From contig NC_068983.1 of the NCBI RefSeq assembly GCF_001194135.2, positions 29,975,511 through 30,039,510 of the forward strand: a stretch of DNA of 64,000 nt, given 5' to 3'. The stretch comes from Octopus bimaculoides (Eukaryota). The position numbers were made by a program, and so were the translations under genes. Every line of letters starts with the position of its first letter. Positions within the stretch are counted from its first letter, which is position 1. The notes under the pieces are model-generated. The model was not told where the DNA came from. It saw only the letters and a list, made by a program, of their open reading frames with translations, and searched no databases. Positions 49,801 to 62,112 of the stretch are shown here, piece by piece.

Positions 49801-52800
49801 TTGTAGAAGCCATGCCAAGGCTGACATTGGAGTTTGATGCAGGTCTGTAGCTCACTGGATCCTGCCAACCTGTGTCAGCATGGCAAACAGACATTAAATA
49901 ATAATTATAATAATGATTTGGTATTGTCATTTGATGCGACAGTCTATTATACACTTTACTTTTCTTGTAGTCCCTAGATTGAAGTAATTTGTGAAACATT
50001 AATTATTCTTGTTGCTATTTGATATAAAATTTCGTTCTTGGATCTCACATATTTTGAGCTTATAATGACATTTAGTTTCTTAAGTGACTTAAATATTTTT
50101 CATTGCTTTCACAGTTTGTAGAAATGCTGGTCCGAAATTTAAAAGAATGCCTGAAAGCAGGATATTTTGAAGGTGCCAGGATTATGGTAAGGAGTTCTTA
50201 ATTTTTGTGTAATAATAATAATTAATCTCAGTATATCAATAGTACATATATTTGGAAGAATGAAAAGCAGAATTGATTGAACTCAAAATATAAAGTAATG
50301 TGACTAAATAGACCAAAAGGTTTGGTGTGACACACTCTGTTCTGCTGTATTGCTTACTATATTTCCTGGCATCAAGGATGTTATTTTTCCCTGAAACAAG
50401 TCTCAATAATTATATATCTTTGGACAATGGCTATATCTTTCATATGCCAATTTAAACTCTACTGTGGTTTAATGTTGGTTTATACTAAACTAACAGTGTT
50501 TCCCTATTCTCTTACTTTAAAAGAAAAACAATGCAGGCTATAAAATGACTAACAAGATCTATATATTACTAAGCCACTAATAAAATATCTGAAACCATAT
50601 TTTTAAGTGCAAATTGGGATACTTAGAGGTCAGATCATTCCTGATGCCATCAAATATGCTAATTATCATGAAAACTAAGTATATGAGTCACATTTAGTTT
50701 ATCAACTCCTAGAGCAAGAAATGATTAATTGTTTATTAATCTTTATTTTCAGGTTCGTTTTCTGTGTGACCTGGTCAACTGCCATGTAATTGTGGCTGGA
50801 TCGTTGTTGTCTATGTTTGACAATTTTGTCGAAGTGACTCTTGAAGATAACATTCCTCAGGTTGATTTACCTTTTTATATATTTTTCTTTGTTGTTTTTA
50901 TTTTCGTCTCTTTGTGCCGGTGGTACGTAAAAGCATCCACTACACTCTTGGAGTGGTTGGCGTTAGGAAGGACATCCAGCTGTAGAAATTCTGCCCGATC
51001 AGATTGGAGCCTGATGTAGCCATCTGGTTCGCCAGTCCTCAGTCAAATCGTCCAACCCATGCTAGCATGGAAAGTTGACATTAAACAATGATGATGATGA
51101 TGATGTATATATATAGATTTCAAATAGTATTATTCAAAACTAGCGCAATATACAGGCATGAGGACAAAGACAAAAAGAAAGATGCATATATAATATGATC
51201 TAAAGTGCAATTGTTGCAACCATGTCCCCACCCCAGTCATTCTATATTTAGAACAACAGTATACAATGTGTAGCTCCTTTTTAAGATAGCAGTTTTTTTT
51301 TTAATTACCTTGAACAACTGTATAGAGGAAGATCTCTTTTAAGTTTGATAAGAAGTTTATAATCAACTAAATTAACTGACGATGATGATGATTATGCTAT
51401 CATTTCTAACCTGCTGGTAACTACCACTTAACAACAAGCATATGATTTAGTCTTCTTGCTTGCCTGCATTGCCTCAGTCTCTTTACTTGCCAGTATGTTT
51501 TGCTCCTCATAAATGTTTAGTAATAAATGCATCACCTAAAATTAAAAAATTAAATTAACCAAAACAAAAATTTACTTGTGTAAGTTTACAAAAACCATCC
51601 CATTTAGTTCAGAGTAGCAGTTTGTGGAAATCATTGCAATGAACAAACTGAAAATGCAATAGAGAAACATTAATGAAAATCACTTGAAAATGTCTTGAAA
51701 TATTTGTAACACACTGCAATTTATTTCTTTCAGGTGCGATCCGACTTTTATGTTTATGCAGTTTTATCATCTCTACCATGGGTAAGAATTTTACTTTGTT
51801 CAGTTTGTAGATATCTCTTCTAATTTCATAAAAAGTTTTTCTTTTGTAGAAAACATTCAATTAATTCAGACAATTTGCATTAAAGATAACAACCTTCACA
51901 AGTCCTTATTTGATGTTTTCTTTGTTTGCCTTCAGGTTGGAAGAGAATTGTATGAGAAAAAAGAAACTGAATTAGATAAGCTATTGTTAGTGATTGAGAA
52001 CTATATCAGGTGAGTTTGCTTTATTTCTGTTACTACCAGGTGATGGTCTTCAATTCTACAAAGTGCAATGCTTGAATTTAGCAATTTATTTCCAATTTAA
52101 GAGCTCAACAATTTTTTCCTGTTTTCTTGTAATACCATTTTTCAAGTTTGTTTTGTGCATTCAATGCACCAGTTTTAGTTTACTCTCCTTTAACCATCAT
52201 ATATCCTTTATTTTTGTTGCCATACAACATCCAACTTCTTACACTGCTATCATATAATCTACTGTATATTGTGAACAAAACTTCACTAGTCCCACCAGAA
52301 GTACTAATTAGAGCATCCTGAGATATATTCTTTTGATAGATACGACAATGAGATTTGACTATTATGATTAACTACTTTTCACACCTCAAGATTTAATTAA
52401 GTTGGTTTAAGAAACCAACTTAATTTTCATCATAATCAGTTCACTTTAGCATTCCCTTACTAGGCTTGTGATCGCACACTAAATCTTGAAGCCACTGAGC
52501 AAAAATAGGCAGGCTGGTTATTATTTTATATTTCTAACAAAATTTCAAATCTCACTATATCTTTCAGTATGTATATATATATTTTTTGAGTTATGAGAAG
52601 CATTGCATTGTACCTTTAAAATTGATATTTATTGAACTGTATAAGCTAATATCAGTACTTGTTTATGCACGCACATGCGTGCACACACATATATACACAC
52701 AAACAAATTCTTGTCTCATGAGCCTCCTTGTAACTTCTGCTGTTTAAAAATGAAAAATATTTATACTTGTGTTTTTAGTTATATTTATAATGTTTGAGTG

Positions 52801-55800
52801 TGTGTGTGTATATATATATGAGAGAGAGAGAGGTGATGATGATGATATGTGCACACATAGAAAAGAAATAATAAATAGAACTCAAAATAAATGTATATTT
52901 TAAACACAACACATCCATAAGAAAATATTATCTCTGAATGACTAGCACGGTAATTTTGCATTTCATGATGTATATATATTAAGTATAATACACAGGTGAC
53001 TATTTATATATACATACATGTGTGTGTGTGTGTACTGAGTATTTTTTTTTGCCCTGTTTGTACACCCTAATATATATGTATATATATATATTTGTTTGTT
53101 TTTGTTTTTCTTGTACAGTAAAAGATCAAAATCTCATGTTGCTGCTCTGAAAGTTTGGTCCAAAGATACTCCTCATCCACAAGAAGAGGTAAATTTTATT
53201 TCCCAAATCCAAAGTGCTTTCAACTAATCATCATCATCCCTACTATTGTCACCATTCTAACCTTATTTTCATACTATAATAGTTTTAATGCTGTGGGATT
53301 TCTATCTGATCGATAGAGAACCAGGAGTTTACTTGTAAACTCATGGAAGTAGTTAACAACAGGAGCACCTATGAAATGAAGTTCATGAAGTATTCTGACA
53401 GCTGACTATTGGTTAAATAAGTAAACTTGTACCTTGTGATGAGATTAGATGTAGTGAGAGAATAGCTTGTTTAAAGAATGAGTGGAAGAAGTCAAAGAAC
53501 TGTTACCATTTATCAACAATGTGTTACTCTTTGTATGGAGGAAGTTATGGGCATTAAATGTACTTTGGTAGTGTTTGGAGAGGAATGTTGAGTGTGTAAC
53601 CTGAACCTCAATGAGAGTCAACAGAGAGATGAGCTTTAGCATCTAAACTGGCCATATTCAACCCAAATAGTGAAGGCATGTGGCTTAGTGGTTAGGGTAT
53701 TCAGCTCATGATCATAAGGTCGTGAGTTCAATTCCTGACGATGCATTGTGTCCTTGAGCAAAATTTTACTTCATGTTGCTCCAGTCCACTCAGCTGGCAA
53801 AAATGAGTAGTACCTGTATTTCAAAGGGCCAAACTTGTTACACTCTGGGTCATGTTGAATCTCCTTGAGAATTACATTAAGGATACGTGCCTGTGGAGTG
53901 CTATTTTGTCGCTCTGTTCTGAGTTCAGGTTCTGCCAAGGTCGACTTTGCCTTTCATCCTTTCATGATTGATAAAATAAGTACCAGTCGAAAACAGGGGT
54001 TGATGTAATCAACTCATCCCCTCCCCTAAAATTGCTGCCTTTGTGGCAAAATTTGAAACTATTATTAGGAGGATGGTGAGCTGGTAGAATCGTTAGCATG
54101 CCAGGTGAAATGCTTAGCGATATTTTGTCTGTCACTATGCTCTGAATTCAAATTCCACCTAGGTTGACTTTGCCTTTCATTTTTTCAGGGTCAATAAATT
54201 AAATACCAGTCAAATACTGAGGTTGACGTGATCAATTCTCCCCCTCCCCACAAAAATCCAGGCCTTGTGCCTCTAGTAGAAAGGATTGTTATTATTATTA
54301 GGGTGGTGGAATGGCACAATCGCTAGCACCTCAGACAAAATGCCCTTGCAGTATTTGTTATGGTTCTTTGCTTTCTAGGTTCAAATTCTGTCGGGGTCAG
54401 TGTGGTTGATTTGATCAACTTGCCCCAGTCCTTTGAAGTTGTGTGCCTTCTGCCTGAATTGTAAACCATTATTAACTGTATTTCTTCCATTTTGTTTATT
54501 TGTAGTACTTGGACTGCTTGTGGGCTCAGATAAAAAATCTGAAGAATAACAAATGGATTGAAAGGCAGATTCTTCGCCCCTATTTGGCATTTGATAATAT
54601 TCTCTGTGAAGCCTTACAGCATACTTTGCCCCAAGTTACTCCTCCATCACATCACGAAGACACAATTTATCCACTGCCTAGTGTAGTTTTCAGGATGTTT
54701 GATTATACAGATGTGCCTGAGGTAAGTGTTATATTGTATTTCTTTCCTGTTGAGTCATATGGAAATACCATAATATTTGTGAATTTCTTTTTTTATCTAT
54801 GTTGTTGTTATTTAGTGTTCTGTCAGCCCTAATTGAGAAGACTTATAATCAGAGACATTCTAGCAGTGACCAATCTGTCTCTTTTTATATCAAGGATGAC
54901 TTGCCCACTGTATCTTTATTTAAAATATTAGTGTTATTTGAAAAAGATTTGGTTGTTATTTCTAATAGATCAAGTAACTACATAGAGGTTAACCTTGATT
55001 AATTTTTAATGGAAGGAGGGATGCATCTTGTGAATTACTTGTTACTTGCATTATATTTCAGCCAATCATTTTACTAGGTTGACTGTAACTGTTTTTTTTT
55101 TTTTTTTTAGTAAATAAAAACCTGATTCTGCAAACACTAATGATAGTTTGCAGTGGCAAAAGTTATTTACTGGCACATAAATTTAGATAATTTTGTGCAC
55201 CATGGAAAGACGAGAGTCTTGATATTTAGAACATTTTACATCCTATTTCTTATCTTTTTCCCTAGATCCCAGCTTTTGATTTGTTGGAATACCACTGAAG
55301 CAGTTTAATTTGGCAAAGTCCATCTTTTTCCAAACTAAATCCCTCAAAGAAGGCGTTTTTTTAACTTATGTTCAGCATTTGTGCATAATTACACCATTTG
55401 TTAAAGTTTTCCAATGAGCCAATTCACTGATTCAAGCTTACAAGACACTAGTTATATTGTACTTCTGCTACCTACAGTGGTGTATTTTGCATTCCCATGG
55501 AATCTACTTAGAATTTGGTGGACTGAGCCATTGACAGTAGGTGTCTCTATGCCAGTAACACACGACAGTATTAATGATAGGTCAAAGGTGGTGAGCTGAC
55601 AGAACTTAGCATGCCAGGCAAAGTGTTTAGCAACATTTCATCCATCTTCATATTCTGATTTCAAATTTTATCGACCCCAGTTAGGGTCGATAAAATTAGC
55701 CCCAGTTGAGCACTGGGGTTGATGTAATCGGTTTACCCCCTACCCCGAAATTGTTGGCCTTGTACCAAAATTTGAAACTGATATTAATGATGGGACATCA

Positions 55801-58800
55801 GTCATCCTTTCAGCACCCAATTCACTCATCCAGCTGTGGAAGTGAACATATACAATCTTTTCTTTTATAAAAATTCATGAAACACCTATACACCCGCATA
55901 AACTGTTATATCTTTCTTTTTGCACCCAACACAACTGAGGTAACTTGCTAGAAATAGCAACCAAATCTTTAACTTCCAACCTATTCATCATTATTTTTAC
56001 ATCTGTTTTTCTTCCATGCTTGCTTAGATTGGACAGATCTTTTTCCATATGCCATCCCATTATTTGTTTTACATTCCAACTAAAATTTGTGAAATAAGAT
56101 AGGTTTGTAAGAGGAATTAGTTCTAGTGTATGAGAGATGAGTTCTAGTGTTTCAAGGCAGTTCTTTTTGAAGAAAAATATTTTCTTCAAAGAAGGTCACT
56201 TCCTAGAATATCAGAACTCACCTTTCCTCATATTACACAAATTTATCATATTTTAATGTTTTGTTAAAACGGATAATTGGAGCCTGGCACAGCTCCTTGT
56301 CAAACTGTTTAACCCATGCCAGGATGGAAAACAAATGTTAAATGATGATGATGATGAGATACCATTATTTGGTTAGACGTTGCCAGTACCACCAGATTGG
56401 CCCTTGTGCCGGTGGCACGTAAAAGCACCCACTACACTCTCGGAGTAGTTGGCATTAGGAAGGGCATCCAGCTGTAGAAACTCTGCCAAATCAGATTGGA
56501 GCTTGGTGCAGCCATCTGGTTTGCCAGTCCTCAGTCAAATCGTCCAACCCATGCTAGCATGGAAAGCGGACGTTAAACGATGATGATAATGATGACCCCT
56601 CTATTCTCTGAGTTCAAATACCATTCAGGTTCACTTTGTCATTCATCAATAAAATAAGATCAGTACATGGGGTCAGTATAATCACACATATCTTACTAAG
56701 CAGTACCCCCAACATGGCTAGAATCAGTAAACTGGAGGTAGTGAATAAATGAACCCTCAGTAAAGCAGTGTCATACTTCTTTCACATCCTCCATCTAAAT
56801 CTAAACAACACATCATCATTGTTTAACATCTGCTTTAAATGCACGGGTTGGATGGTTTGACATGGAGCTGGCTAGCAGGGAGCTGTCCCGACTCCAGCAG
56901 TCTGTTGAGGCATGTTTTCTACAGCTGGATGCCCTTCCTAATGCCAATCACTTAAAAGTGTGCTGGGTGCTTTCTGTGTGCCACCTGCATGGGTGCATTT
57001 ATGTATCACTAGCATGGATTTTTTTTAAGTAGCACCAGCATCTAAAAGGGTGAGCCTGTATGTGTAGAAAACAGCGATTTTACTTAGCTTGATGTGTCTT
57101 ATCAAGTACAGCTAATTGCCACACCTTGCAGTCCCTTGTCATTTCCTTAATGCCACCTGAGTAATCTTAACTTCTTTTTTTTCCCTCCCAATAGGGCCCT
57201 GTCCTACCTGGGAGCCACTCAATTGAACGATATTTAATTGAAGACCAGTTGCACAGTATTATTTCTACCAACCACAATGAAAGAAAAGATTGGTATGTAT
57301 TGCTTTAGTTCCTGTCCAACTCTTGTAATAACAGCTATGTTTGTTATCTGATATCCATAGTAGGAATAGATTGGTGCACATGTGACTGTGTGGTTAAGAT
57401 GTTTGTTAAATCTGTGACTGTTTGTCCCCCACCACTGCTTGAAAACTGGTATTGCTGTATTACGTTCCTGTAACTTAGCAGTTCAGCAAAAGAGGATGGT
57501 AGAATAAGTACCAGGCTTTAAAAAATAGGTACTGGGGTTGATTCATGTGACTAAAATTCATCAAGGTGATGCCCAGCATGGTCACAGTCTTATGACTTAA
57601 ACAAGTAAAAGATGATAAAGAAACTGAAGTTAGCAGAGTTGGATGATATGGTGAGGGTTATGACACAATGCCAGCAGGAAAATGTAAACTTTTAACCATG
57701 TGGTCAATAATCCAGCATCTTTATTTATCCTCATTTGTCATATATCTGTACTATAAATTAAGAAGTTTACTTTCCAGCCATATAGTTCTGGGTTGGCACC
57801 TTGGGTTGACCAAAGATTTGTGGATGTAATTTGGTAGATAAAACCTATAGCAACCCTTTTGGTGGACTGTACTCAGTACTAGCTGTTAAACTGGCAACAG
57901 AGATTAAGTCTAACACCACCATCTGGCCTTTGGGTGCCTTTAGCTCTTTAGCATTTAAACTGGCCATATCTAGCCAATGTGTTCTACTTGTTTTATGGCC
58001 AGATCATGCATCTCATACCTACCCGACAATGTCATTCTAAAAATTAGCATTCAGATTACTCTGTCAGATGTAATGCTTAATTATTCACATTATTTTGATG
58101 ATGTCATCCATCATCTAACATTCATCTTCCATGCTGGTATAGGTTGGACGCTCCTTTCAAACCATCCAACCCATGCCAGCATGGAAGGAGGATGTTAAAT
58201 GATGATGATGATGACATCATCAAGATTTTGAAGTTTCAATATAATTTATGATTAATTCAAAATAAGGCAATAAATAAGGATTACATCTGACGGTGATCTG
58301 AATGCTAAAGGCTTAAACAGGTCTACTGAGTTGCAAGTATTCGGAGTAAGTTTCTACTTTGACTAAAACTCTATCTTGACATACCACAGCTTAAAGCAGA
58401 ACCCATATGTCATGATTTCTTCTTCCCTTTTTTCATTACCAGTCTCAGATACCTTGAAAAAAGTCATAGGTGCTGCACTGCCTCACCTGACAAAGACATA
58501 AAAAGGGGATCTAATGCCTCTCCTTTGTGAAATATTTCTCTTTATTTTTAAACTGTCTGATATATATTTGCAGTGCCACATTGCTGCTTGGTCTTCATAA
58601 TAAGAACAAAATACCTTTGAATTATATGATAGTTGAGGTGAGTTTTTCAAACAATTTTTCCTTGTTTCAAAATTTTCTTTCACACACATACATTTAAAAT
58701 ATATATTTACTGTAAGATACAGAAATAAATTTATTTCTCAAACGCGTGATAATGCTATAAATAGCGTGATCAGGATAAATTTATAAGTTCTAAAATTGCA

Positions 58801-61800
58801 GAAGAATTTGTTGCTGGGCAGTTTAGTTTAATGGTAAAACACTTGACGCGTAATCACAGAGATGTGAGTTCGAGTCTCATGGCTGGCCAGTAACGTATTT
58901 TTCTACAATATATGGATAATTTATCCTGATCACGCTATTTATAGCATTATCACGCGTTTGAGAAATAAATTTATTTCTGTATCTTACAATACATCTCAAC
59001 GCTTCTAAAAACAAACTTTGTTTGTTTACTTTCATCGTAAAGTTGAATTTATATGTTTACTGATTTTTCCTTTTATTAATTCATATATTTTCCACCTTGC
59101 TTTATGAAAATTGACCACATGTATAAAAGAAATAGTGTGTGTGTGGCTTGAAAAGATTATACATCCTTGTTTTGCTTCCTTTAATTGATTTATGCACAGT
59201 AGTTTTAAATTTGATGTACAAATTTAAATTTTAAAAAAATGTTTTTGCAGGTTATGTTTGCTCAACTCCTGAATCTACCACGTGCTCCATTTTTGGAATT
59301 GTTCTATGGCTCAACTTTGATTGAGCTCTGTAAGCTGCAACCTAGCTCCATGCCACAAGTTGTATCCTTATTGAAAACTCCTCCACACCCAGTCATCTTC
59401 CTTCTGTTCACTTTGTTACTGTCTGTTTATTTGAAGTGATGAAAAAATTTAAACCTTAATTTACACTACTAACTTTATAGTGTAGCTAAATGCAATTTAC
59501 AATGTTAAAGATCTTATCTATATTCTTATCAAGCTCAGTATGAACTTATGGTAGATGAATATTTTAAAGTTGTTATACAACTGACCTACTGAACTAGCTT
59601 AATATTTTTTAATCAATAAAGGTAGAGAGTTTCTAAAACTAGTAAATTATCAGATTTATTACATTACAGTGTTTAATGCTCTCGATTCACCCCCCCCTTT
59701 TTTTTTGAAGGCAAAGGTTCCCAATCTTTTCACAATCAAAGAATTTTTAAAAAAAATTTTCCCACAAACCCTACGCTTTTTAAAAGTTCTACCTACCCAA
59801 CAGATCTTTTAACTCAGGGATGCTGAGTACTACTGTTATGGATCCCCAGAGGTTTGTTGTCCCCTGGTTGTGAATTACTGCTCTAGGGGTCAGTTAATTT
59901 AGTTAATTATAAATTTCTTGTCAAACTTAAGAGAAATCCTCCTCTATACAGTTGTTCAAGGTAATTAAAAAAACAAAACTGCTGTCTTAAAATGGAGCTA
60001 CACATTGCGTACTGTTGTTCTAAATATAGAATGACTGGGGTGGGGACATGGTTGCAACAAGTGCACTTCAGATCATATTATATATGAATCTTTCTTTTTG
60101 TCTTTGTCCTCATGCCTGTATATTGCGCTAGTTTTGAATAATACTATCTGAAATTTATATATATATATACTTCATCATCATTGTTTAACGTCCACTTTCC
60201 ATGCTGGCATGGGTTGGACGGTTTGACTGAGGACTGGCAAACCAGGAGGCTGTACTAGGGTCCAGTCTGATCTGGCAAGGTTTCTACAGCTGGATGCCCT
60301 TCCTAATGCCAACCACTCTGAGAGTGTAGTGGGTGCTTGCTTTTTAAAGCTAAGCAGTATTTCATCTGCCTTTACATTTTGAGTTCAAATTCTGACAAGG
60401 TAACTTTGCCTTTCATGTTTTGTGGGTTGATAAAATGAATACCATTTGAGCATTGATTTCCCCTACCCCTCAAAATTGTTGGCTTTGTGTCAAAGTAAGA
60501 AAGGATTATTTGAGTGCGATCGTTTCCAGCTTCGCCTTACTGGCACTTGTGCCTGTGTCATGTGATCAAAACATTGGACTGACTCCTGTACAGGTGGCAC
60601 ATAAAAAACACCATTTGAGTGTGACCATTGCCAGTACTGCCGGACTGGCCTTCGTGCCAGTGGCACGTAAAAAGCACCCACTACACTCTCGGAGTGGTTG
60701 CCAGATCAGATTGGAGTCTGGTGTAGCCATCTGGTTCGCCAGTCCCCAGTCAAATCGTCCAACCCATGCTAGCATGGAAAGTGGACGTTAAATGATGATG
60801 ATGATAATGATGATAATTAATATATCATGCACTTTGTTTTTTTTTGTTACACATGTGATACCCTGGTCCATATAAAAATTGACTTGCATAAAACCAATAT
60901 GTACTGCAAAAATAGTTGGGAGCACTGCTTTATGCTACCTACATATGTTTGGTTTTTGTAATTTAGGTAATCAAAATTTGCATACCCTACATACATGGCC
61001 AGTTTTGAATTTTTGGCCTCGTTTTGGTCCCTGGGTACTCTGATATCACCACCCTTCATAGCCATTGTAATTAAAAGGTGACAGGTAAATAATCAAATGT
61101 TTTTTAAGAGCAGTCAAGTGCTCTTTGGAGTTGTACTCTATTGGCTAATATCAGTTTCAAATTTTGGCTCTCAGAGCTAGTGAGTTTGGTGGAGGGGGTA
61201 AGTCAGTTACGTTGCCCCCCCCCCCCACTCCACAGTGTTCAACTGGTACTTGTTTTATCAACCCTGAAAGGATGAATGGTAAAGTTGACCTCAGTGGAAT
61301 TTGAACTCAGAATGTAAAGACAGTTAAAATGCCACTAAGCATTTTGCCCGGCATGCTAACGATTCTGCCAACTCACCGCCTTATTCTCATGACTAATATC
61401 ACAAATTGTATCACATTAAAACCATCTTTGTTATTGTCTTCATCTTCATGCTCATATATCTTGCTTTATGTATCTTGATAGACTATTATCTGAAATATAT
61501 ATTGTCTTTGTTTGCCTTAACTCTTGTACAGTTGGCTCAAGCAACAGAGATGCTTTTTGACAGAATAGAGTCTATGAAAACCTCCTCTATTGTAAGGTAA
61601 AACATGTTTTGACATATCTGGAAATAAGTTGCAGTTGAAGAATTTAATTTGCCGGGATGTATAGGGACAAGCATGGCTATGTGGTTAAAAACGTTTACTT
61701 CACAGTCATGTAGTTTAAGGTTGAGTCCCATTGAGTTGCACTTTGGACTAGTGTCTTCAGTTATGGCCCTACCCAGGCCAACCAGTGTTTTGATGGTGAA

Positions 61801-62053
61801 TTTGGTAGACAGAAACTGTACAAAGCCTGTTGTATAGTTATGTTTGTGTGAATTCTTTTATTCTTTTATTTGTTTCAGTCATTTGACTGTGGCCATGCTG
61901 AAGCACTGCTTTAAAGGGTGTTAGTTGAAGAAATCAACCCTGGGATTTATTCTTTGTAAGCCTAGTACTTATTCTATTAGGGTATTTTGCCAAACCACTA
62001 AGTTACGGGTACATAAGTATACCAGCATCGGTTATCAAGCAATAGCGGGGAGA

Positions 62054-62112
<59 letters not shown>

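Larger units (their letters stand above)
59362..61531 (+). other. NCBP1: U12-type (minor spliceosome) GT-AG intron, NCBP1 intron 13
   Basis: 5' splice site GTATCCTTA; branch site TTTGCCTTAAC at 61511-61521, with the branch A about 11 nt before the AG. Confidence 0.9.

Noticed and set aside
58709-58750. Hammerhead-like look of the TIR arm (CTGTAAGA..hairpin..CAAACGCGT) and CTGATCA..GAAA on the other arm
   Set aside because: Invariant core bases are wrong (extra T, C at G12, C at G8), no stem I forms, and the initial C is outside the repeat.
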